Assembly: GCA_002269645.1 (NCBI GenBank)
Contig: NIVC01001645.1
Span: 159,245-223,244, forward strand
Length of the DNA: 64,000 nucleotides
DNA from: Macrostomum lignano
Lineage: Eukaryota
Reading direction: 5' to 3'
Below, piece after piece: positions 49,601 to 61,900 of this stretch; positions within the stretch are counted from its first letter, which is position 1; each line of letters opens with the position of its first letter. A program made the translations under genes and the position numbers. The notes under the pieces are model-generated. The model was not told the origin of the DNA. It saw only the letters and a program-made list of their open reading frames with translations, and made no database searches.

Positions 49601-51624
49601 TCAGCAGGCACAAGATGCAGTTAAGCAGCGCACGAAAATTCTACAAAAGAAATTGAGCCTGGTTGAGGTGATGCGAGGAGGCAGATCCACACAATCTCAG
49701 TGAATACACCAGACTGCACCAGATACGAGTCCAGTCGAATGTGCGCACTGGTCTAAGCAGCACACGCATGTCCTCCTGACAATGACGGCACCTAGCTTCG
49801 TCCAAGCCTTTGCCAGCGTCACTGACAGCGTCAATACTACCATGCAGTGCCACCTGCAGCACCGACAACGGCAATTCCTCCAGTTAGCCCACAACAGTGG
49901 CTAAACTGAGGGACAGGGAACCTACCCGCAGAAGACACACACATACACACACAGCACCGGCAGCAGCACTCTGACAGCATAACCTAAAGCTCCATGAGCT
50001 CAGTTTTCAAGCATTGAAGAAGCAGAAGCAGTCATCTTGAATCCAGGGATCAGGAAGAGTGTTGCATGTCCGACATGTGCTGTTTCCGTGGCAAAAGGTG
50101 ATGGAGCAAATTAATCAACACTTACTATCTAGCTCGTATTAAGACTAAAAAACTGAGGCAAGCTGGGATTAAACCAAAGAAAATTTTTTACTATACTTTT
50201 TTACCATGTACTTTTACTATACTTTTATAGTATAGTAGAGAGGTACTCTATTTAAATGCAGTAAGAAGTGAAACAAATTTATATATTTAATTATTAAATT
50301 AAATTAATTCAAGGTAAATAACTAATTTAACCAATTTTTTAGGAGTATTTAATATTATAATAAATTGATTTTTATACCTTACACGAAATAAGCTCTACAT
50401 TCATTTCTTAGCTTGGGGCCCATCTGTATAAGGTCAGTTTCTTCAAAATGCTGATTAATTAATTAAGACCTGTTGTCTTTACTTAAATTTATAAGGGCAT
50501 CTTAGAAGTTAATATTACTATATAATACATGTATAATATTATTACTATATTATAATAATATAGTTGCAATTTTAATGACTATTGAATAAGTCTAAATGCT
50601 TCCCCTATTGACTTTAAATATATGGTATCTTTCCCTTCAGAAAAAATTAGCATAGAATGACTTGATGAAAACAAAAAAAAATCATTTCGAGATACACATT
50701 TGCTGATCATTCAGGTCAAATTTCAAGGTCCAGTTTTGCACATGTTTCTCTGTAGCTTGGTTACAAGGATTCTAATAAAAATATAATAAATATGTCCAAT
50801 GAACTAACTGATCCATAGCCAAATTGAAGTATTTTCAAAAACAAAAAAAATCATTTGCTCAGTTTACTTTACTCGATATCTGTGTAAAATTTCAGCTCAA
50901 AAGGTGCTCCATGGAGAATGCTAGTGTGGTTACAGGATATTTATTTTGTGCTTCAAAGTAGGAGTTTATTGCAATGCATGGTTGCTTTTAATTATTTTTA
51001 TCAACAATAGTACTCTATTTCATAACAATTTTTACAAAAAGATAATAAGACATGTTTTTCTAATTATCTGCATCAAAATGTATCATTTTAAGCGCACATT
51101 CTAGACGTCAGCTGAAAAATACATTTTGTGAAATGAGAAGAGGCTATCCCACCGGAAATGCTAGGCGTACAGTTAAGCGTCTATAAAATCATTTATAGTG
51201 CAGTTTATTAAGCTTTAAAAAAAATCCTAAATTAAATTTATATAAGCTTTCATTTTAAATGTAATATAGCAAGTTTTCAACACAACAACAACTTTTTTTA
51301 GCTACAGACATCATAGTGTCAAAAATTAGGACATCGGTGAAGTGATTGAATTTGAATTTTTTCATCACCTAATATCGCCTAATACCGCAAGACAACTTAA
51401 AACACTTTTGCAACATAAATTTCAACCCAAAAATTATCTTTATTCACAGATGAAAGTGTCCTATTATTTTCAATACGGCAGTAACAATAGTAAATGTTCC
51501 GAAAATTGTTAAAATTTTTGCTCCTCCCAGAATTTGAGAACGACCCGGCCCTCGCTTGGTCCAAGTAAAATAAAGAGAAATTTATTCTTTATTTCAGAAA
51601 TTTATTTAAGACGTGTACGATGTA

Positions 51625-51745
51625 CACTAGTGAATACAAAATCCCGAGTTTCGCTAATCCCGGGATTCTCGGGATCGGGATATCCGACTTTGAAAATCCC
51701 GGGATTCTCGAGGATTCCGGGATCACGGGATTGAAAAGGTTTCTA
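51625..51745. repeat. Cluster of (AAT)CCCGGGATT motifs, likely subterminal repeats of a decayed DNA transposon
   Basis: 5-6 motif copies in 120 bp; another at 52446. Confidence 0.35.
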
Positions 51746-51874
51746 ATTTTTGTTGGTGCAATTTTGGTTTACGAAGCCATCAAATATGATTTTAAAGGGC
51801 TTTGAATGATAAAAGTACAACAACAACAACAAAATACGCGACCCCGCATTCACAGTTAGGGCAGGGCGCGTCAG

Positions 51875-53912
51875 ATGGCGCGCCGCAGAGCCTGGGAGCG
51901 AACAAAGTCCGCTCTGTTGGCAGTGTCGGGCGCCCCCGGCGTCGCACAGGAGGCAGTCCACGTATCGACGGGTTCGGGCCTGACCACGCCTGAATGGACC
52001 CTGCAAGGTGAGCAGCAGGACGTCCTGAACAATATTCTGCCCAATATACTTTTTTAAGATTTTAAGACTTTTGAATAAAGTCTAACAGAATAAAAGATTT
52101 TGCAAACAAGAAACTGACAATGAGCTTTGAATTGGAGTGTGATGTACGGGCTGGCGTAGACGTGCTTTTTTACATGCCAGTATCAGCTCAGAAAAATCAC
52201 ACTTAAATGTGATGTCACCTGGGGGAATGATACTGTAGCTTACAGCAGAGCTATGGCCCGAGGTACTGATACATGGGTAGAAGGGGATCAGACCTCACCC
52301 TCCCAAGGGCACTTGCCCTATAGATGGAGAATGGGTACATGTAGCTTGGGTTGTGGTCCGATAGCAAGGTCTCACTGTTCTAATCCCAACACTACGGCTA
52401 AGGAGTTTTGAAGGTAAGGACTGCATAAAAGGCTCTCTCGATGGTCAATCCCGGGATTATATTCTCTAATGTACACGTGTACATGCACTCACCAACAGTC
52501 TGTTGTGTACTTGTAATTTGCGTTAATTTCAGCGATCAAAGCATACTTATTTGCTTATGGCTCTATACCCATGCCTCTTTGCTCCTATTTTATGCATGCG
52601 AGAAGTGAAAACCTATAAAATACGAGTATTAAATAAAATAACCAGAAAAGACGCGACTTGATATGATCCGCGATAACTGTATGCATTTGGTCATTGGCAA
52701 GCTAATTGTCTCTTTTTATTTGCAACACAGTCAAAACGCCACCCTAGCTCGACCCATGCAGTGCGCCTGAGCAAGAGTTAGAAAACCTTGCGTCATTGCA
52801 GTGTAGTGAGCTGAAGTCAATCGCTGGGTGGCGGTTTGGACTGCATGTTGCTGAGTAGCAAAGGCGCACCACATGACAAAATGTAAATTAAAACTTAATA
52901 TTTTATACACATACCCCCAGTAGTAAAATCGATGGCGAATTCTTTTTTTCGGGATGGATGCCAAACATGGTTATTACATTCGTATGGTTGTAAAGTCGGC
53001 CGTTATGAGTCATATTTTCGTCCTAAACACTTATAGAATATATAGCCAATAATGCATTTTAATAATTTACAGCTCATTGTAAAAGAACACTAAGGCAATC
53101 GATTATTCACAGGTTACTGAGAATTTTAGACAATTAGGGTCAGTTTGCGAGTTGTCAGTATTTCATCGATCTCTCGATGGTCTGGTTCCCGTATGGATCC
53201 TACGGCATCGTCAAAAGGGACCTCCATGGGTCCCTTTTGTTCAGTCATTCTGTGATGGCGTTCATTCAATCCGGGGCCCTACCGGAAGACGACGACTGGC
53301 GATAGCGTGCGCCAACGCTACGACTACTACGGCTTTGACCTGCATCCAAGCAAACCTGTTGCTACGACGCGACTCAAGCTGGCAGACTTCTTATTTCCGC
53401 ATCGAGTCGTAGTGTCCATATTCGGTACACGAGGTGATTTTTTTTAAATTCACAAAATACGTTGCAACTAAGGAAGCTGGAAATGCTGGTATATATTTTC
53501 TATTGAACGATTGCTTGCTGTGGCAGCTAACTCGATTTTATTTTGAGTGTGGCAAGCGACTGCTGCAGAGGCGTCACAACAAAGAGTATTTAAATATTTT
53601 TTTGGATTCGACATATAAATATGGTTCAAAAAGATTGAAAATCTTGTCAAATCCTTTCGTGGTATTGCTCTGATAATAACATTTTCTATACAGAGCTACA
53701 AAGTGTCTTAATTGAAGAAATCCTCGTATCGTAATTGCCATTCTGTTAATCATGTGTATCCTCCAGGTAATCAATCCCTGGAATTTTGGTATGGTCTTCA
53801 ACCGGCCGAAGTGCTGGCAGCAGCACCCGCCTGCACCGACATGCCAGCCGTGGCCTGCATGGCCATCTCTATATTGTCCACGCGGTTTGGTCCGTGCTTC
53901 ATCAGCATATAG
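51875..53912 (+). pseudogene. Decayed multi-exon gene of unknown family. Exons 51875-52007, 52731-52882, 53159-53433, 53767-53912
   Basis: Splice phases chain 1/0/1 with strong acceptors; protein-like translation (YFIDLSMVWFPYGSYG...RYDYYGFDL...GNQSLEFWYGL); three in-frame stops in exon 2 and a frameshift at about 53295. Confidence 0.45.
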
Positions 53913-56900
53913 ATCTGCATTAGGTGAGCGCAATCATGAAGAAGCTATTGAGGAGACTTAAAGTTTACAGCAAAATGAAACACTGGGATATTAAAGGAGA
54001 GAGAGTGCAATTAAACATTTGAAGTCCTACCCACCTACGTAGCTAGCTAGGTGTCGTTAAGTTAAGAATTGTTTAAGATGCCTGAGAGCTCTCTGCTGCT
54101 GAACAGGATCTGCTTCTATATTTTGGGAAAGATCATGTTAATGCAAAAGGTGAACACACACAAGCATCGGTAGATGCAGGTGGTGGTCAAAAAAAGGAAC
54201 CAGGCCTTAAGATGGCTTGGTCCCCGATATTTTCACGCCGAGAACTATCGCATCTAACGCCATCTCACCTTGCTGCCAAACACCAGTAACAGAGTGGTGC
54301 TGGTGCACAGGATAATGCACGCAGCCACCAACCCAATCCGGAGTTCCTGTCCTTCTGAGGGCATGGCGAACACTAGCACAACGCCGATCAGCCCCATCAC
54401 CAAGGTGTTGTACACGCAAACTCCAATTTTCTTCGAATCGTTTAGCGCCTCAACATGAACGGTGCGTGTTTCCCAGGCGAAAAATATTCCAAACAGTAGA
54501 AGAAAGCCTGGAACACAATTTAGAGAGCATTATGCCCTGGACTGTGACTACTTGACTAATTTCTACTGCTAACATCTCATCGTACGTAATCACGCACCCT
54601 TGACGCCGATCTCTATGCCAATCCACATGTTCATGTTGGTACAGACGCACTCGTCAATGGTGGCTCGAAGTAGGGAGCCCTGCTCCGTTTCCTATCAGGT
54701 TAAACGGTTACGGATGATTGGCTTGAAATTATTTGGTCGTACGTGTCAAATTGTTTATATATGCTCTTACCACAGCCGGTAAACTTGTTGTTTGCACCTG
54801 CAGAGGGTCGATACCAGCCCAGATGCCAAAGATGACAACATCTACCGCTACGACGACCAGAATCACAGCGAACAGGTGAAAATCTTTGATGGCCTGGATA
54901 TGGGAAAGTTGGAACTTGATAGACAAGCGATGGACATGTAGTAGGAAAAAAGCTAAAACGATTGCCAAACAGACTCGCTCAATTATGTCATTCTAAGGCT
55001 GTGGTAAAGAGTGCTTTTATTTAGGGTATATCCCTTAGCAGGTTGTGAGATCAGCAGCACACACAATGGTATAAGGTTACAGTATTTCACAATAGTTATA
55101 TCTTGCAAGGGGGCGTATAAATCAAGGCGACAGCTAGTCGACCCGCAACCAACGAGGAGGCAAGCAGCTTTGCCCATTCCGATGATCCTGAGCACGCTAA
55201 TCGTTAGGCATGTTATACACTCTGAACCTTTGAGACGGCTCCTCATGGGCGAAAATTGCACGAAAAACCCCCGTAACCATTTTTTTGTAGCGTGGTCACA
55301 CACGGAATCGAACTTTGGTACTACTGACCGGAGTGCGGCGCGTTAACCGCTGCTTCACCCCATACGTACTTTACATTTGTGCTCAGCCTCTGTTCTAGTC
55401 GTGAGAGGCACATTCCGTTGAAATGAACATCTCAATGGACGCAAAGATCGACGATCGACGATCGAATCCCCTCAAAATCCTGTTCTGTTTTGCCACTGGA
55501 AATCCCCCACGTTATAATCCTGCTGCGTGCTTAGTATTCGAGTTGTTAAGCAATCCTGTGCGTGATTATCGTTATTTGGGCCAACCAGTGCTGTTGATTT
55601 AGCTTCGTGACGGTAAACTTCTCAACTGAACCCAGAGGCATAGACTCAAGAAGATCCGGTTCAGACACGAGGGTCGATGCATACGTTTGTAGTCGCAAAC
55701 TGAAGACTGTAGACGTGAGGAGGCCTTATTGGATTATCTTGGCATGAGCACGGATAATTTTTTGTCTAGTACGAAAAAATAGGTAACCATTAAGCCGACT
55801 ACAAGTACACCCACTGTTCTTGTTCGTGAATATAATAAACCTAGGAGAGCTCGCAGCCTGAGGAGCAATATGCGATGGTGGAGGTGTAAAATTTATAAAT
55901 CAATGATAATCCAATAAAATATGTCCGATTGTAAAAACAACTTAAAATACATTCATTCATACGCATTCATATGCATGTCTGTGTAACATGCATAAATGCC
56001 AATCTGCGCCCATCTCGTAGTTCAACAATCTCGATTGGAATTCAACAGAGTGCTTTAAATAGAGTTCACTATAATTGATTTCGAATTCATAATTTCAGCA
56101 ACAAGTAAGAGGTCCTCGATTGCAATCACTCACCACTCGTCTCAGCTTGACATTGATGAAGATGCGGTACACACGCCAGGTCTTCGCCAGCATGGCGCCA
56201 AACGCGCACGAGTAGCCAAAAGCCAGTAGGACGGCCTGCAACCAGCAGAGGCCGACCCTGATCTGCCAGTAGGAGTTCACGGACATCGCGATGCAGGAGG
56301 CGTAGCACAGCAGGCAGCCAAGACCGATTACATTGTTGACATAGGGACTGCTCAGTTTAATGAGGCGAAGCTCGCGATAATAAAAGTTCAAACCGACTGC
56401 AATCAGGCATAGCGCGATACCAATTGATGAGGCCGAGATTAGGGTTACAGTGCTGGGCCAGCTCAGCATCAGACGCTGGACCAGGACTCCGGGACTGTCC
56501 ACTGGGGGCGTGCCGTCTGGAAGATCCAGTGCCAATGTTCATTTGTAAGTTTGAAGGCAGCCAGTCTTAGGGAGATCAGTACGAGTACTGTGAGCTTCTA
56601 AATGAGAATCCAAAAGTGATATAGTCCCAATAGTTAGTCTTCTGTACTCTTCGTCAGCTTCGCATGTAATTGTTTTACTCACGCTGATTCACACCGATTC
56701 AAGCTTCATTTCACATCTCTTTTACCGCTAATTGTCTTTTAATTATGATACGAGCGGATATTAAAAGTGTGACTGGATTACCAATATAATAAAGATTTAA
56801 GGTACGTACAGTTAACACGAATAAATAGTTTAGCCTTAATATATATATAGCTAAAATGCACGTTAACTAACTCATTTCGCTTACGTGCAAACCAGAGATC

Positions 56901-58146
56901 CTCAGTCCAGTTGGCTATTGCAGTTGACGGATCGTAAGTTCCCACAAGGTGACGCTTCAGGCCTACACGAGAAAATTTTTTAGTTTGGGATGAGAATGGG
57001 AAACTATACGCCAGATGACAAAAAGTGACAACTGGAATCGTTTATTCCTGAAGCAATCAAACAGCCATCGCAAAATTCATTTCTTTTGGTGGTAAGTAAA
57101 AGCTTAAAACTCTTGACATTACATATAACTTGGTCGATTCATTTTTGAGCACGGGACTGATGAAGAGCTAGGATTGCTCAATACAAAGAAACAGGTTTCC
57201 CTGATGCTTCTCACCTCTCAGCTGGTAGAAGAGGACCATGGATGAGCGATCTCCTTGACTGTCAAACATTACCTTACCCTGTTGAGACGAGGTTGAATGA
57301 AAATTGAAATTAATAAAAGCTGAAGAATGAAAGATGAAAGATAGGCCGGAACACGCCTAACCTGCAGCATACAGGTAAATAGAAGGCAGAGTCTCATTCT
57401 TTATCTTATTCCAGGGAAGTCTTTTATGCTCTGACGATCTCAAAAACCTTTCCCGTTTAGGGAAAGGTAGCGACCCTCTTTTCCCGACAATGTATTAAGG
57501 TGGGTAGCGAGCCTCAGCTAGATCCTTTGTAATAACCTTCTCAAAAGTCGCTAGTCATTTGTTTATCATTTTATGCCAATTGCCATTCATTCAATATGGT
57601 TATAATTTTTGCTGAAGCCTTGAACGCACATACGAGATACTGTATAAATGTAGCTCATATCTAGATGCTGCCCAATGGCTTACGGAATTCTTATGTAACT
57701 GCTATTCTTATTTAAATTATAAGTACTATTATTAAACAGGCTGAAATGCTTGGTTCCTATCAGGAGCGTAGCAGGTCCTAGCAGACCCCTGGCTCGTATA
57801 GCGCAGCTTTTCACTCAAAGACCCCAACGGAGAACCCTAGTCCATGAGGTGAGTCCTAGATTGACTTTCAATTACCATAGAGGGATCATTGCCAGCAGGC
57901 AATTCTCACCGAAAGTCCAGTGAACTCGAGCAGCATGAGGTTGTTGAACAGGGCCGCCTTAAATGACGAATTGGCGAGCTCCGTGTTCTCAGTGTAGTTA
58001 AAGTCCTTCAGCGTCTGGTTCAGAGCTAGCGCGGCCGACATCACGGAGTCAAAGCGCAGGTCAAAGCCGGCGAGGGTTTTGGGAAAGGCGATGGAGGCCA
58101 GGCCCGGATACTCGCTTATGAAGGCGTTGTACAGCTCGGAAAGATT
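53798..58146 (-). CDS. GABA-B receptor-like class C GPCR, 5'-partial (end of Venus flytrap domain, 7TM, short tail). Exons (minus) 58146-57910, 57278-57215, 56962-56885, 56516-56134, 54893-54771, 54691-54598, 54507-54269, 53914-53798
   Basis: Phase-consistent chain (about 444 aa). Motifs ALALN, F.GLSGKV.FD..GDR, GTPPVD, IKLSSPYVNN, FGAMLAKTWRVYRIF, WAGIDPL, FAWETR..V..LNDSKKIG; no cysteine-rich domain, as in GABA-B. Confidence 0.9.
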
Positions 58147-58344
58147 CTGAAAAAATCAGAATAATGATTCTCGGTATCCAGAGGTGACTGTAGTTATATT
58201 ATTTAGTCAAGTTGGAACAACCTCAATAGTTTGTCGGGACAAAAGGGAGGCAGCGATTTCATGCTTGTAGTTCTTTATCATGAAAGCAAGAATTTGCGTA
58301 GGTCAGAGAGTGAGAATTAATTACCATAGTAAAACTTCAAATAA

Positions 58345-58978
58345 TGTAACAAATAATCTAAATTATTCGAACTATTTCATCACTGTCTCAGTATGCATTT
58401 ATCTAATGAAGCTACATGTACAATCGTAGTATTTTTACCACAAACGTAGATTTACTTTCGATTACAATAATGGGTTAGGGCATTCACCACAAACTATGCA
58501 AGTTAAGTCAATTTAGTTGCGGCTAGTACTCAGCTGAATAGGCTTGCGTCACCCTTCAATGCGGCCATACCGGCGAGAAAGGGATCATTCAAGCTGATAA
58601 ATTCCCAACAGTGCCAGCACCGTATAAGCTGTACACAGCCCTCGGATGCGTCGCTCAATTGTAGCGGTTTTTTGGCGTTGTTCTGGAGCTGCCACTGTCT
58701 CGTGGTATTTCTTAAACTTTTCGTTTGCAATAGCTACATGTACGTTCAATTAGACTAACATATTTATTTTGCTCATACGTACAGTCCCTAATTATTGATC
58801 GCACCACTTTCATTCTTCACTGATCGCCCCACTCCACATTACGCTCACGTGTATTGTACGCTTTCACTCAGCTCATTAAATATATCGACCCAGAGCATCT
58901 CGCTCAAGCCTTTTCGTTTCATCGTTTCAATAGCGCAGCATATAGTTTGTCTTTCATCTCGAGTTATTCTAGCAACCA
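58345..58978 (+). repeat. Putative 5' LTR of the BEL/Pao element (TGTAAC...AACCA); 5' boundary uncertain
   Basis: Ends in CA three nt before the PBS; second LTR lies outside the window. Confidence 0.5.
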
Positions 58979-58981
58979 TTT

Positions 58982-58999
58982 TGGTAGCAGAGCGTGGTT
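58982..58999 (+). promoter_or_regulatory. Primer-binding site complementary to the 3' end of initiator tRNA-Met
   Basis: TGGTAGCAGAGCGTGGTT is the reverse complement of AACCACGCTCTGCTACCA. Confidence 0.85.
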
Positions 59000-61900
59000 C
59001 TCATCGATAGTTTTGTTTTCACGCTAGCCAACTATAGAAGAATGTCAGGCGAAGAGGAAACACAGGCTGAATCTGTTGAACAGCCAGACGATAGCAAGTT
59101 GCAGTCGTTGCGACGAGAAAAGTCAAAGTTCAAGTCTGCGCTGACCAAGAACAGAAATAAGCTAGCCTGGCTGCTACAAGACGAGCCCGACAAGAGCGCG
59201 ATTCAACGACAATGCGAAGTCGTCACCGAGATATTCGAAGGTACAACCGAGACGCTGTACGAGCTGTGCGATGAGTTGAAACGGCAGAAAAGCGACGCAG
59301 CTCAGTATTCTCGGCTGCTCGACGAAATTGACGTAATTGAGGACGACTACCGGACGACCATGCAAGAAGTTCATCGGTACCTCAAGGACTACAGAACAAC
59401 GACAAAAGCACCTGCAGTAGCGGCGGCACAAGAGGAGGCAACGGCAGCGACGTTGAAGACTTCAGCAGCGGCGGCAGCGGTGCAGGCCAGTCGAGAGCGG
59501 CGATTCGAATTCAAAGCGGAGTCCATGCAAGGCCAGCGGCAGCAGACTTCTTACAGAGGCTACGGTGGTGAGTTTGGCTATTTGCCTTCTTCTAATCAGC
59601 ATGCGGGCGCCGAGATGGAAGCGGAGGACGAAGACGAAATCGGTAACTCATCGGTTCATGAGTTGTCCAAGGATTTATGGAAGATGCTGCGCAGGGTGGA
59701 GATTCCGACTTTCTATGGCGAAAAGCCGCAGTATGAAGCATGGAAGGCTGCATTCATGGCTTGCATTGATAGGGCACCAGCAACTCCAGAGTTCAAGCTT
59801 CTTCAGCTGAGGCAGTATTTGAAGGGAGCGGCATTGAAAGTGATCGAGCACCTTGGACATTCGGCTGCGGCTTATGAGGCGGCGAAAGAGAGATTGGAGC
59901 GCGAGTATGGCGGCAAGAGGCGACAGTTGGCTCTTTACTTAGAGGAACTGGACAGTTTTCCACCTGTGAAGCAGAATAATGCAGAGGAGCTTAAGAAGTT
60001 TGCAAACATCCTTGATGTGGCCGTAATTAATTTGGAAGAAGCAGGCAAGAATACAGAACTTAGTGATGGACTGCTTTATGCTAGGTTGCAAAAGAAACTT
60101 CCGGAGCCGATGGTCGCAGCATTTCGCCGTTGGGTGTTCGAGAAGAAGTCAGAAGGCGTGAGAACACTCCGTGAGTGGGTGTTGCGCGAAGCCGAGTTTC
60201 GAACTCAGGCAGCAGAGATTGTGCACGGTGTGGCCACATCCAGCCAGGAGCACCCAAAGAAGGAAGGGCAGCAGAAGACCTTTCATGTAGCACATCAGAG
60301 CAAGAGCTCGAGTAGGGAGAGCTATTCGTGTGTTGTCTGCAAGGAGGCACACGCTCTATGGAAGTGCCCAGCGTTCAAAAAGCTGTCGTCTGAGAATCGA
60401 TGGAAGGCTGCTCAGGAAGCAAAAGCGTGTTTCCGCTGTCTTAAACATGGTCACACAGGTCAAAATTGTCGACGAGGTCGCAGGTGTGGCATTGACGGAT
60501 GCGAAAAATCCCACCATCTCCTGTTGCACTCGAGCGCTGCTAGATCGGAAACGAAAGCGAAGCCAGAAGCAGAAGCAGTTGGTGAGCAAGGAAGTCAATC
60601 CAAGCCAAAGTCTGAAACGGTGACGATGGTGTCCGAGAGACTAGTGCAGTGTCACTTCGAACAGTGCCAGTCATCCTTAAGTCGAATAGGCGAACTGTGA
60701 AGGTCAATGCGTTGCTTGATGACGCCAGCACAAGGACCTATTTGAATGTGGCGATCGCAACTGAGCTAGGACTGCAAGGCAAGCAAGAATCCGTCCAGGT
60801 GGATGTATTGAACGGGCAGGTGGAAACCTTCATGACAGCACCAGTAACGTGTACTTTGGAGAGTGTGGACGGCCAAATCAGCAAGCAGATCACTGTATTT
60901 ACGACAGATCGAGTCGCCGGTAACATGCTAACACGCCGGAAGTGGTAGATTGGCAGAAAGTGGCATCGAAGTGGCAGCACTTGGCAAACATTCCGTTCCG
61001 AGGGTGCAGACACCAACAGTTGTGGATTTGCTGATTGGAGTTGATCATGCCGAACTGCATACGTCTCACCTGGAAGTATGCGGCAAGCCTGGAGATCCGC
61101 AAGCCCGGCTAACACCTTTAGGTTGGACGTGCATCGGAAAGGTTGACGAAGCTTTGGAACGGTCTTTGTTCGCGAACACGTTCTTCAGCGGGGGAGACAA
61201 ACAAAACCTGGCACCACTGCTACGTCAATTCTGGGAAGTGGAAGAAGTTCAGCGAGTGGAGTCACCTTCAGTTACGGCTATAGAGCAGCTAGCGTTGGAC
61301 TGCGCGAGGTCATCACTGAAGCTAGTCAACGGACGCTACCAAGTTGGTGTTCCATGGAAACCGGACGCTAAGGTCAAAACTAGCAACTTTGAGCTGGCCA
61401 TTAAGCGGCTTGAGAACACCGAGAAGCGGCTCATTAAAGATCCAAAGAAAGCCAAGCAGTACCAGGACGTCATCAACCGCTACGAGGAAGTAGGCTATAT
61501 CAGAAAGGTGCACAAAAATGAGCAACAGCCAGCGAACCGGTACTAACTTCCTCATTTTCCAGTAGTTCGGATGGATAAAGCAACTACAAAAGTCCGCATC
61601 GTCTTTGACGCTTCAGCTGGCGGCGAGGGGTCGTTGAACAGCCTGATGCTGGCAGGACCGAAGCTTCAGCAAAATCTCGTGGACGTGCTTCTTCGCTTCA
61701 GGAGACATCCAGTAGCAGTTGTTTGCGACATTTCCGAAATGTACCTGCAAATCGAGATGGCACCAGAAGATCGGGCGGCGCACAGCTTTCTGTGGCGAAG
61801 TATGGATCCAACGAAGACACCAGAGACTTTCGAGTTCAACCGAGTGGTATTTGGCGCTACAAGTTCACCATTTCTGGCGCAATTCGTAACTCAAGAACAT

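Noticed and set aside
49640-49900. GC-richer patch with short ORFs and a possible acceptor
   Set aside because: No frame stays open convincingly, and no partner exons or motif were found
60630-60700. Programmed gag-pol frameshift
   Set aside because: Explained by a 2-nt AG slippage in GAGAGA; no slippery heptamer, and BEL/Pao usually has one ORF
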